From Planctomycetaceae bacterium (lineage in GTDB: Bacteria; Planctomycetota; Phycisphaerae; Phycisphaerales; SM1A02): DNA of 64,000 nt. The stretch spans positions 40,370-104,369 of the forward strand of contig JAJTGL010000003.1 in the NCBI GenBank assembly GCA_021297795.1. The letters run 5' to 3'. Both the position numbers and the translations under genes were made by a program. Below the pieces are notes generated by a model. That model was given only the letters and a program-made list of their open reading frames with translations. It was not told the origin of the DNA and did not search any database. Below, one piece after another: positions 47,731 to 56,849 of this stretch. Each line of letters begins with the position of its first letter. Within the stretch, counting starts at the first letter, position 1.

Positions 47731-48140
47731 GAACCGTGCCGCGCAGCGACCCGCTCGTACACGCTCGTACACGCGACGCTCCCGGCACCGAGCTGTGAGG
47801 ACAGAAGTCGCGAAGGCAGAGCCGGTTCCGTCGTCGGCCCTCGGTGCCGGGCGAGTACCCGCTCGCACCCGCTCGCACCCGCCAACTACCCGGCACGGTT
47901 TGGATCAGCGCGCGGATGACATCCGTGGCCGCTATGAACCGTGCCGCGCAGCGACCCGCTTGTACACGCTCGTACCCGCGACGCTCCCGGCACCGAGCGG
48001 TGAGAACAGAAGTCGCGAAGGCAGTGCCGGTTCAGTCGTCTGCCCTTGGTGCCGGGCGAGTACCCGCTCGCACCCGCTCGTACCCGCCAACTACCCGGCA
48101 CGGTTTGGATCAGCGCGCGGATGACATCCGCGTCCGCAGC
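47731..48140. repeat. two tandem units of about 205 bp, each carrying two REP-like 53-bp elements
   Basis: The units starting at 47731 and 47936 are near-identical by eye. The embedded elements lie at 47736..47788, 47844..47896, 47941..47993 and 48049..48101, with the same GTGCCG...CCCGGCAC architecture as 1568..1730. Confidence 0.9.
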
Positions 48141-48180
48141 CACTCCCCCCGCGATCCAATCCCCCCACTTCCGAATCCCC

Positions 48181-50511
48181 CTACGCCCTGCTCAGCTTCG
48201 CGTGCTCGACGATCAGCGTCTTCAGGCCGACCGATCGGAACGCGATCCGCGCCCGCGTTCCACCGAAGCCACGCGCGAGAAACTCGACCTTGCCGACACC
48301 GAAGATCGGATGCCGCACCATCGAGCCGATCGGGAACATCTCCGTCACATCCGCATCGCCGAACGCATCCGGATCGTCGTACTCGACCCGCGGTCCCGAC
48401 ATCCGCTCCACGAGATCCGTCCGATCCACATGCTGCGTCGGGATCTCTCGCACGAACTCGCTCTCGATCGACGCCTGTCGCACGCCGCGCACCGTGCGCA
48501 CCGCCGCGGAACTCACCAGCAGCGCCCGCTCGGCACGCGTCATGCCCACGAAGAGCAGCCTCCGCTCCTCCTCGATCGCGTCCTCGCCCTCGCTTGCCCG
48601 GCTGTGCGGCAGGATGCCGTTCTCGACGCCGATCACCGCCACCGAGTCAAACTCCAGTCCCTTCGCGGCATGCAGCGTCATCAGCGTCACGCTCCCCTGC
48701 TCGGGGTCGACCGCGTCGGCATCCGCGACCAGCGACACGCTCTCGAGCCACAGCCGCAGCGCATCGCCAAGCGTGGGCTGCGCCGGCAGCGGCGAGGTGG
48801 CGTCGTACCCCGCCTCGACCGGAACATCGGCGGCCGGGTCGCTCTCGGGCAGACGGAAGTCCGCGGCAGCCGACACGAGTTCCTCGAGGTTCGCCACGCG
48901 CTCGCGTTCCTCGATCGTCGAATGGTCGTCGAGCCGATCGAGTCCGCTCTGCTCGAGCACCTCGCTCACGAACGACGCAAGGTCGCCGGGCACGCGCTCG
49001 TCGAGGCTCTTCGCGAAGTCGCGCACGAGCACGACGAATCCCTCGACGGCCTTCGCCGTCTTTCCGGTTACCACGCCGGCCGATGGCGCCTTCGCGAACG
49101 CCGCGATCAACGGCAACCCGTTCGACACCGCGTAGGCCTCGATCTTGCGCACGGTCACGTCGCCGATTCCGCGCGCGGGAAAGTTCACGATCCGCTTGAG
49201 CGACACCTCGTCGCGCGGATTCGCGCAGACGCGCAGGTACGCGATCGCATCCTTGATCTCCTTGCGGTCGTAGAACGCCGTGCCGCGCGCGATCGTCGCG
49301 GGGATCATCCGACGCCGCAGCGCGTCCTCCACCACGCGCGACAGGGCGTTCATCCGGTAGAGCACGGCCATCGAGCGCCAGGGCACGCCCGTGCGCGAAC
49401 GCTCCTCGAGGAACTCGGCCACGCGATCGGCCTCCTCGTATTCGTCGTTCGCCTTGAGCAGCCGCACAGGCGCCCCGTCGCCGAGCGACGTGGTGAGGTC
49501 CTTGTGCTTGCGACGCCGGTTGTGCGCGATCAGACCCGCGGACGCCGACACGATGTGACGCGTCGATCGGAAGTTCTCGCCGAGCGGAATCACGGCCGCG
49601 CCCGGGAACTGCTCCTCGAACTCGAGGATGTTCGAGATGTCGGCGCCGCGCCACCCGTAGATCGACTGGTCGGGATCACCCACGACGAAGAGATTGCGCG
49701 ACCGCTCCGCAAGCGCATGCGCGATCACGAACTGCGCATGGTTCGTGTCCTGGTACTCGTCGACGAGGATCCACTCGTGCCTTCGCTGCAGGAGCTCGCG
49801 CACCTCGCCATCCTGGCGGAGCAGCAGCGCGACCTTGAGCAGGAGGTCGTCGAAGTCGACGGCGTTCGATCGCATCAGCACGGATTCGTAGGCCGCGTAC
49901 GCCTTCGCCACCGAGCGCGACCAGAAGTCGTTCGCGTCGGCGAGGTAGGCCTTCGCATCGAGCAGCCGGTTCTTCGCGTCGCTGATCTCCGAGAGAACGC
50001 TCGCGGGCGTCCATTGCGTGCTCGAGAGACCCGTTTCCTCGATCGCCGTCTTGATCGCGTCCTTCTGGTCGCCCGAGTCGTAGATCGAGAATCCCGCCTG
50101 CAGGCCCACGCGGTCGCCGAAGCGGCGCAGGATCGCGGCGCAGTGCGAGTGAAACGTCGAGACGACGAGCCCGGTCCGCGTGCCATCCTCCCGCGCGACG
50201 AGCTGGGAGACGCGCTCGCGCATCTCGCCGGCGGCCTTGTTCGTGAAGGTGAGCGCGAGGATCTTCCAGGGCGGCACGCCGCGCGCGATCAGCGCCGCGA
50301 TGCGCCGCGTGATGACGCGCGTCTTGCCCGATCCCGGGCCCGCGAGTACGAGCGCCGGCCCCGCCGCGTGGGACGCTGCCTTCCGCTGGGCCTCGGTCAG
50401 GTCGCGGAAGAGCGGGTCGTCGGCGAACACATCGGCGGGCTCGACGTGCGCCGCGGTACGCGGAGCGGCGCGAGCATCGGCATCGGGGATGGAATCGGAT
50501 TCGTGCTGCAT
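48181..50511 (-). CDS. UvrD/PcrA/Rep-family ATP-dependent DNA helicase
   Basis: VLAGPGSGKTRVIT (Walker A), LALTFTNKAAGEMRER, ILVDEYQDTN, VGDPDQSIYGWRGA and TLHAAKGLEFD are SF1 helicase motifs. Confidence 0.9.
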   Translation of the reverse strand: MQHESDSIPDADARAAPRTAAHVEPADVFADDPLFRDLTEAQRKAASHAAGPALVLAGPGSGKTRVITRRIAALIARGVPPWKILALTFTNKAAGEMRERVSQLVAREDGTRTGLVVSTFHSHCAAILRRFGDRVGLQAGFSIYDSGDQKDAIKTAIEETGLSSTQWTPASVLSEISDAKNRLLDAKAYLADANDFWSRSVAKAYAAYESVLMRSNAVDFDDLLLKVALLLRQDGEVRELLQRRHEWILVDEYQDTNHAQFVIAHALAERSRNLFVVGDPDQSIYGWRGADISNILEFEEQFPGAAVIPLGENFRSTRHIVSASAGLIAHNRRRKHKDLTTSLGDGAPVRLLKANDEYEEADRVAEFLEERSRTGVPWRSMAVLYRMNALSRVVEDALRRRMIPATIARGTAFYDRKEIKDAIAYLRVCANPRDEVSLKRIVNFPARGIGDVTVRKIEAYAVSNGLPLIAAFAKAPSAGVVTGKTAKAVEGFVVLVRDFAKSLDERVPGDLASFVSEVLEQSGLDRLDDHSTIEERERVANLEELVSAAADFRLPESDPAADVPVEAGYDATSPLPAQPTLGDALRLWLESVSLVADADAVDPEQGSVTLMTLHAAKGLEFDSVAVIGVENGILPHSRASEGEDAIEEERRLLFVGMTRAERALLVSSAAVRTVRGVRQASIESEFVREIPTQHVDRTDLVERMSGPRVEYDDPDAFGDADVTEMFPIGSMVRHPIFGVGKVEFLARGFGGTRARIAFRSVGLKTLIVEHAKLSRA

Positions 50512-51081
50512 CGCGGGTTCGCGTCCTCACTCCACGCACGGACAGGCAGACTGCGGCGCGCGCGCACCGATCCGCGATGCTACGGACTCCGCGCCCTGCG
50601 TTGCGAAACTTCATCCCCGATCACGCGATCGGCGCCAACCGCCCACGCACTCGGCACCTGCAACGCACGTCGAGATCCGCCGGCCCGCGATCCGTACCCA
50701 CGGTCCACCGGACCGACACTTCGCGCACAGATCCGACTTGATGTTCGGTCTCTGTTTGGTACTGTAGCGATCGGCCCCCGCAGCGGAAGCGTGTTGCGGA
50801 CAGCCCGCGAACCGCGACCGACAGATGACCCGAGCCTTCCAGCACGCGAGGCACAACTTGTCCACGCAGATCGTGCTTGCTTCTGTCGTTTGGGGATCAG
50901 CGGTAGCGTGCGCCGCAGACCGGGCCAGGACGGCCAGTTCCGTGCCTTCGAACCGCCCGCGTTTCAACCCCTCAGATTCGGCCGACCGGCATTTCGTGCG
51001 ACCGCCACACACAACTTCCTCCGGTTCCTTACCTATTCCCAAAAAACTTCGAAAAGAACGATTGGTTGTGGTACTTCTCAC

Positions 51082-51109
51082 TTGCGACCCCAACATGTTG
51101 GGGTAGGAT
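51082..51109 (+). promoter_or_regulatory. possible promoter TTGCGA-N16-TAGGAT whose spacer is a perfect 16-bp palindrome (ccccaacatgttgggg)
   Basis: Read from the sequence. It lies at the 3' edge of the most AT-rich patch of the 940-nt gap and points toward dcd. This is a pattern-only call. Confidence 0.25.
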
Positions 51110-51455
51110 CCGGTCGCGCCGGAGCCTTGGAGTTCTCGGGCGTTCCAGCCAACATCTGAACGAACGGGAAGCGCGCGGGACCCGCGCGCTTCGCAAGGTC
51201 GGGGGGGCTGACTGCCCGGACGCACTGATGCGCCTGGGCACTCAGCCGACTGTGACACCCCCTTCTCCCGGGAAAGTGTCGGAAGTCCGCTGGAGATGCG
51301 ATCAGCGCTGGCCGGGGCCGGCTCGAAGCAACAGTGTGCGCACCGTCAGGATGACGGTCGCGCGAACAACCACGAGTGAACACTCTGGTCCTGCGCATGG
51401 TGGCGCGCGGACCGGGGACCGTGCAGGCCGGTGGGGTCTGCGTCCGGTGCGTTCT

Positions 51456-52118
51456 ATGCCTGTGTTGAGTGATTCCCAGATCCGCGAGTTGGTTCACATC
51501 GAGCCATTCGCGTCCAACGAGAAACGGCCGGGCACCGTCAGTTTCGGTGTTTCCAGCTATGGCTACGACGTTCGCGTCGGAACCCGTTTCAAGATCTTCA
51601 CCAACGCCACCTCCGGCGGCACCGCCGTCGTCGATCCCAAGAACTTCACGAACGACCTCTTCGTGACGATCGACACCGCCGAGACCGGTCGCGACCACAT
51701 CATCATCCCGCCGAACTCCTTCGCGCTCGCGGAAACCGTCGAGACGATCCACGTCCCGCGCGACGTCCTCGCGATCTGCGTCGGCAAGTCGACCTATGCC
51801 CGCTGCGGCATCATCGTGAACGTCACTCCGCTCGAGCCCGAGTGGCGCGGCAAGGTCACGATCGAGATCTCGAACACCACGCCGCTGCCGGCCAAGATCT
51901 ACGCCAACGAAGGCATCGCCCAGATGGTCTTCCTGAAGGCCGATCGCGTGTGCGCCACCAGCTACGCCGACAAGAAGGGCAAGTACCAGGATCAGGCGGG
52001 GCTCACGCTCCCGATGGTCGACGGCATTCCCGCCGCACATGCTTCGCCGGGAAGTAGCGAACACACCTCAACCGCCGGCAAGCACGTCTCGCAACGCACG
52101 CCGGTCGGATCCGCCTGA
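51456..52118 (+). CDS. dcd: dCTP deaminase
   Basis: [55 protein letters not shown] and GIAQMVF are present. The start is the ATG at 51456, inside ORF 51066..52118. Confidence 0.9.
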   Translation: MPVLSDSQIRELVHIEPFASNEKRPGTVSFGVSSYGYDVRVGTRFKIFTNATSGGTAVVDPKNFTNDLFVTIDTAETGRDHIIIPPNSFALAETVETIHVPRDVLAICVGKSTYARCGIIVNVTPLEPEWRGKVTIEISNTTPLPAKIYANEGIAQMVFLKADRVCATSYADKKGKYQDQAGLTLPMVDGIPAAHASPGSSEHTSTAGKHVSQRTPVGSA

Positions 52119-52291
52119 CGCCGCCACGCGGCCCGCGCCCCGACCGGCCCCCCGCCGCGACGACGTTTGTCTGTTTCCGCACACGTCCGGCCCCGCTTCC
52201 CAGAAGCACGACCCCGAAAAACTCAGTTCTTACTCCGACTCCCTCTCCGACACCCTTTCAGCCCGTTCGATCGCGCAGGAAGTACCAGACA

Positions 52292-55200
52292 ATGAAGATC
52301 TCGCGACGCTTCACCAAGGCCGGCCAAAACGTCTACGACACCGTCGAGTGGACCAAGCGTTCCAGCCGCATCGGCAACTCCGACGGCTCGACCGTCTTCG
52401 AGATGAAGGACGCCGAAATCCCGGCGTCCTGGAGCCAGTTGGCGACGGACATCGTCGTCAGCAAGTACTTCCGCAAGGCCGGCGTGCCGCAGATCCACGC
52501 CGACGGAACGCCGATCGTCGATGACGCCGGCAAGCCCGTCCTCGGGCCCGAGCGCTCGGTGCGCCAGGTCGTCCACCGCCTCGCCGGCTGCTGGACGCAC
52601 TGGGGCGAGAAGTACGGCTACTTCTCGACGAAGCGCGACGCCGAGGCGTTCTACGACGAGCTCGCGTACATGCTGCTCACGCAGATGGCGGCGCCGAACA
52701 GCCCGCAGTGGTTCAACACGGGCCTCAACTGGGCCTACGGCATCCAGGGTCCGGCGCAGGGCCACTGGCTCGCCGATCACCGCACCGGCGCGACCAAGCT
52801 CGCCACCGATGCGTACACCCACCCGCAGCCACACGCGTGCTTCATCCAGGCGGTGAAGGACGACCTCGTCGGCGAGGGCGGCATCATGGACCTCTGGACG
52901 CGCGAGGCGCGTCTCTTCAAGTACGGCTCCGGCACCGGCACGAACTTCTCCCAGTGCCGCGGTGAGAACGAGCCCCTCTCGGGCGGTGGCAAGAGCTCAG
53001 GACTCATGAGCTTCCTCAAGATCGGCGACCGCGCCGCGGGCGCGATCAAGTCGGGCGGCACCACCCGCCGCGCGGCCAAGATGGTCTGCCTCGACCTCGA
53101 TCACCCCGACATCGTCTCCTTCGTCCGCTGGAAGGCGCGCGAGGAGATCAAGGTCGCCGCGCTCGTCGAGGGCCTCAAGGTCCTGAGCGAGGATCAGAAG
53201 GAGCTCGCGAAGAAGTACGACCTCAAGCTCGACTACGACTTCAACGGCGAGGCCTACTACACCGTCAGCGGCCAGAACTCGAACAACTCGGTCCGCATTC
53301 CCGACGCCTTCTTCGACGCGCTCGACGCAGACGAGGATTGGAAGCTCACCCGTCGCACCGACGGCAAGGTCGCGAAGTCGGTGAAGGCGAAGGAACTCTG
53401 GACCGAGATCAACTTCGCCGCGTGGCGCTGCGCCGATCCCGGCGTCCAGTACGACTCGACGATCAACGCGTGGCACACCTGCCCCGCCGGCGGCCGCATC
53501 AACGCCAGCAATCCGTGCTCCGAGTACATGTTCCTCGACAACACGGCCTGCAACCTCGCGTCGATCAACCTCATGAAGTTCTACGACGCGCAGTCGCGTC
53601 GCTTCGACATCGAGGGCTACGAGCACGCGATCAGCCTCTGGACGATCGTGCTCGAGGTCTCGGTGCTCATGGCTGCGTTCCCGTCGAAGGAGATCGCCGA
53701 TCTCTCGTGGCGCTACCGCACGCTCGGCCTCGGCTACGCCAACCTCGGCGCCATGCTCATGCAGGCCGGCATCCCGTACGACAGCGAGGAAGGACGCGCG
53801 GTGTGCGGCATGCTCACCTCGATCCTCACCGGCCGCTCGTACGCGCAGAGCGCGCTGCTCGCCGCCGAGCACGGACCCTTCGCCGGCTACGCCGAGAACC
53901 GCGACAACATGCTGCGCGTCGTCCGCAACCACCGCCGCGCGGCGATGGGTGTCGCACGGACGAGCGACGAGTACGAAGACCTCCGCATTCGCCCGGTGCC
54001 GATCGACCACTCGCTGGTCGCCGGAAACCGCATCAATCTGACGAACGCCGCCGATCTCCTCGATCGCTCGGTCGCCTGCTGGGATGACGCGCTCGGCTAC
54101 GGCGAGAAGTTCGGCTACCGCAACGCACAGACGACCGTCATCGCGCCGACTGGCACGATCGGACTCCTCATGGACTGCGACACGACGGGCGTCGAGCCTG
54201 ATTTCGCGCTCGTCAAGTTCAAGAAGCTCGCCGGTGGCGGCTACTTCAAGATCGCCAACCAGTCGCTGCGTCCGGCGATCCGTGCGCTCGGCTACTCCTC
54301 GGAGCAGGCCGACGACATGGTGACCTACGTGATGGGCACCCTCAGCCTCGACGTCGCGGTGCCCGCGGTTGACGGCACGGCCATCACGGGCGCCGGCAAC
54401 ACCGGAGCATTCAAGGCACAGACCTTCCGCGATTTCCTCCTCGCGAAGGGCTTCACCCACGAGCAGCTCCTCTCGGTCGAGAACAACCTCCCGACCGTGT
54501 TCGAGCTGGCCTTCGCCTTCTCGGCGTGGTCGATGCCGGAGAACGTCCTCGCGAACTGCGGCGTCGATGCCGCGGCCGCGAAGAACGACATGTCGTTCAA
54601 CGGTCTCCGTGCGCTCGGCCTCACCCGCAAGCAGATCGATGTCCTCAACCGCACCATCTGCGGCACGCAGACGATCGAGGGCGCCCCGCACCTCAAGGAC
54701 GAGCACCTGCCCGTCTTCGACTGCGCCAACCGCTGCGGCCCGCTCAGCGAGCGCTTCATCAAGCCCGAGGGGCACATCCGCATGATGGCGGCGTCGCAGC
54801 CGTTCATCACCGGCGCGATCTCGAAGACGATCAACCTCCCCTCCGATGCCTCGGTCGAGGACATCGGCGCGTGCTACCGGCTCAGCTGGGAGCTCGGCCT
54901 CAAGGCGAACGCGCTCTACCGCGACGGCTGCAAGCTCTCGCAGCCGCTCTCGACGAAGAGCGACAAGAGTGAGGAAGACGACAAGAAGGACGACAGCAAG
55001 GTCGACAGCAAGGTCGACGGAAAGGTCGACGGAAAGGTCGACGGAAAGGTTGCCGCAACGGTCTCCGCCGTCGCGGCGGCAGAGACGCCCGTGACCACCG
55101 TCGCCGAACAGGCGGAGCTGGTGGCCGAGGCCGCCACCGCGACGCTCACCGACATGGCCCTCGCGGGCGAGCCGGTGGTCGCGGATGTCCGCGAGATCGT

Positions 55201-56083
55201 CGTCGAACGCGTCGTGGAGCGGATCATCGAGCGTCCGATGCGCCGCCGCCTCGCCGACACGCGCGACTCGGTCACGCACAAGTTCAACGTCGCGGGCCAC
55301 GAGGGCTACCTCATCGTCGGCCTCTACGAGGACGGTCGTCCGGGCGAGCTCTTCATCACCATGGCGAAGGAAGGCTCGACGATCGGCGGCCTGATGGATT
55401 CGCTCGGCACCGCGATCTCGGTGGCGCTCCAGTACGGCGTGCCCGTCGAGAGCCTCGTCACCAAGTTCGCGCACCAGCGGTTCGAGCCGATGGGCATGAC
55501 CACGAACGCCGATATTCCGTTCGCGAAGAGCCTCGTCGACTACATCTTCCGCTGGCTCGGCATGCAGTTCATCTCCGGCTACCGCGAGCTCAACTCGCCG
55601 CGTCGTTCGACGCCGGAAATCGCGAAGGAAGCCGTGAAGGATTCCGCGCGGGACTCCAGCAGGGACACCTATTCCACCACCGCCTCGATCCGCGACGCAA
55701 GCCGCGATTCGAGCCGGGACTCCCACAACGATTCGAAGGAGGATGCTTCATGTGCCACCGGATCCGGCACGACGGTGAGCGGCTGGGCCGCCCGTCGAGA
55801 AGCGGCCATCGCTGCGGCAGAGACTCGCACGTCGGTCACAAGCGTGGTCACGGATCGCGCCGCGGTGACCGAGAAGATCACCACGGAGACGCGCACCATC
55901 GAGGCGGTCGCCTCGGTCGAGCGCATCTCGAAGTCCGCGGTGGTCGCCGCGAACGCATTGGATGCCTCGAACGCTGCGCTCATGGGCGACGCGCCGGCAT
56001 GCGATGTCTGCGGGTCGATCACGGTTCGCAACGGCACCTGCTACCGGTGCCTGAACTGCGGGAACAGCATGGGTTGCAGCTGA
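52292..56083 (+). CDS. nrdJ: class II (adenosylcobalamin-dependent) ribonucleoside-diphosphate reductase
   Basis: VVSKYFRKAG, ACFI, GSGTGTNFS, NPCSEYMFLDNTACNLASINL and ISKTINLP are present. The C-terminal Cys cluster is CDVCGSITVRNGTCYRCLNCG. The protein includes low-complexity inserts. Confidence 0.95.
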   Translation: MKISRRFTKAGQNVYDTVEWTKRSSRIGNSDGSTVFEMKDAEIPASWSQLATDIVVSKYFRKAGVPQIHADGTPIVDDAGKPVLGPERSVRQVVHRLAGCWTHWGEKYGYFSTKRDAEAFYDELAYMLLTQMAAPNSPQWFNTGLNWAYGIQGPAQGHWLADHRTGATKLATDAYTHPQPHACFIQAVKDDLVGEGGIMDLWTREARLFKYGSGTGTNFSQCRGENEPLSGGGKSSGLMSFLKIGDRAAGAIKSGGTTRRAAKMVCLDLDHPDIVSFVRWKAREEIKVAALVEGLKVLSEDQKELAKKYDLKLDYDFNGEAYYTVSGQNSNNSVRIPDAFFDALDADEDWKLTRRTDGKVAKSVKAKELWTEINFAAWRCADPGVQYDSTINAWHTCPAGGRINASNPCSEYMFLDNTACNLASINLMKFYDAQSRRFDIEGYEHAISLWTIVLEVSVLMAAFPSKEIADLSWRYRTLGLGYANLGAMLMQAGIPYDSEEGRAVCGMLTSILTGRSYAQSALLAAEHGPFAGYAENRDNMLRVVRNHRRAAMGVARTSDEYEDLRIRPVPIDHSLVAGNRINLTNAADLLDRSVACWDDALGYGEKFGYRNAQTTVIAPTGTIGLLMDCDTTGVEPDFALVKFKKLAGGGYFKIANQSLRPAIRALGYSSEQADDMVTYVMGTLSLDVAVPAVDGTAITGAGNTGAFKAQTFRDFLLAKGFTHEQLLSVENNLPTVFELAFAFSAWSMPENVLANCGVDAAAAKNDMSFNGLRALGLTRKQIDVLNRTICGTQTIEGAPHLKDEHLPVFDCANRCGPLSERFIKPEGHIRMMAASQPFITGAISKTINLPSDASVEDIGACYRLSWELGLKANALYRDGCKLSQPLSTKSDKSEEDDKKDDSKVDSKVDGKVDGKVDGKVAATVSAVAAAETPVTTVAEQAELVAEAATATLTDMALAGEPVVADVREIVVERVVERIIERPMRRRLADTRDSVTHKFNVAGHEGYLIVGLYEDGRPGELFITMAKEGSTIGGLMDSLGTAISVALQYGVPVESLVTKFAHQRFEPMGMTTNADIPFAKSLVDYIFRWLGMQFISGYRELNSPRRSTPEIAKEAVKDSARDSSRDTYSTTASIRDASRDSSRDSHNDSKEDASCATGSGTTVSGWAARREAAIAAAETRTSVTSVVTDRAAVTEKITTETRTIEAVASVERISKSAVVAANALDASNAALMGDAPACDVCGSITVRNGTCYRCLNCGNSMGCS

Positions 56084-56748
56084 AGCACGCACGGCCGACG
56101 GGCCGCGCGGGTCGGGATGACACGAGTTGCGAACTGCTCGCGTCGCCCTCCTCACGGTCCGCATCGGTCGGCAACCGCCGGCGTTGGCTTCTCACCATGT
56201 GAGATGCATGCCGGATGAACGAAGAACGGGCGTATGCCCACGCAGGGATTGCACCGCACGCACTCCCCGCGTCACCAGACGTGTGCGGGCAAGGAACTTG
56301 AGGTGGCAGGAGCGCAACTCCTGCCGCGCGACGGGCGACACGCCACAGGAAGTGGCCAGATCACCGGTGCTCCCACCGGACAGATGATCGGTGCTTGCAT
56401 CGATTCGATGAGGAATGGAAGCCGAACAATGTGTCTCCCTTCGATCGGGTGTCTGCTGAGGACTCCGACACACCCGACCGAGATGTAGGAAGAGTGGTGC
56501 AACCAGGTTTCCGCGTGCTTTCCGCGCGCGGAGACCCGCAGAGGCCAAGGCTTCGGTCCTGGCTTCGGTTCGAGAAGGCTGGCGAGTGGATGGATCCTTC
56601 TTGCACCGAGAGGGCGCGCATGGAGTTCGCACACCCCTCTCCCCGCGACACGCGGCCTCACGCGTGAACCGGGTAGCTGACCTGAACGCACCACATCTCC
56701 GACCTTGCCCACCACGACGGGGCCTCCCACGCGAAGGTCCCGCTTACG

Positions 56749-56789
56749 CCCCCCCGCGGATCCCACCTCCGCGGGGGGGCAGTCTTTTT
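56749..56789 (+). terminator. strong intrinsic terminator
   Basis: cccccccgcgga-tcccacc-tccgcggggggg forms a 12-bp perfect GC-rich stem followed by cagtcttttt. There is no U-tract on the opposite strand. Confidence 0.75.
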
Positions 56790-56849
56790 CAGTCATGCGT
56801 GACGAGCCTCCCTCGCGCCTCCGAAGGTCGGTGCGGGTAGGTTGCCGAT

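Noticed and set aside
50825-51106. Small ORFs in the long intergenic regions (50825..51106, 56234..56488, 56395..56667, 56272..56796).
   Set aside because: They have poor G/C third-position bias, no RBS and an implausible Arg/Ser/His/Pro-rich composition.
48046-51159. 1037-aa plus-strand ORF, and ORF 47844..49199.
   Set aside because: They are antisense to the UvrD/PcrA helicase and begin inside the REP-like repeats, so they are shadow ORFs.
50512-51455. tmRNA or RNase P in the long gap before dcd (GGGGGGCUGAC..., GGAAGUCCGC, and a short frame reading GCGAACAACCACGAGTGA).
   Set aside because: There is no T-arm or CCA acceptor end. The ANNHE frame lacks the usual hydrophobic ...AA tag ending. 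The P4 partner strand and other RNase P conserved blocks are missing, and too little room remains before the dcd start.
52119-52291. NrdR box or B12 riboswitch upstream of nrdJ.
   Set aside because: I could not see a palindromic acaCwAtATaTwgtgt-type box or cobalamin-aptamer motifs in the 173-nt gap. It contains only an RBS-like caggaag.
52997-55726. 909-aa minus-strand ORF, and several plus-strand out-of-frame ORFs, inside nrdJ.
   Set aside because: They are antisense or out of frame to a gene with unambiguous class II RNR motifs, so they are shadow ORFs.
56084-56849. RNase P RNA, tmRNA, SRP RNA or a cobalamin riboswitch in the structured gap after nrdJ.
   Set aside because: GAACCGGGUAGCUGACC and CCCGCAGAGGCCAAGG vaguely resemble RNase P P15/J-regions. 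However, the near-invariant GAGGAAAGUCCGG, GGUAAGGGUGAAA and ACAGAAxCCGGCUUA blocks are absent. There is no tRNA-like GGUUCGAxUCC...CCA end or tag ORF ending in AA for tmRNA, no GGAAGCAGCC SRP motif and no B12 box. It is kept only as an unclassified candidate.
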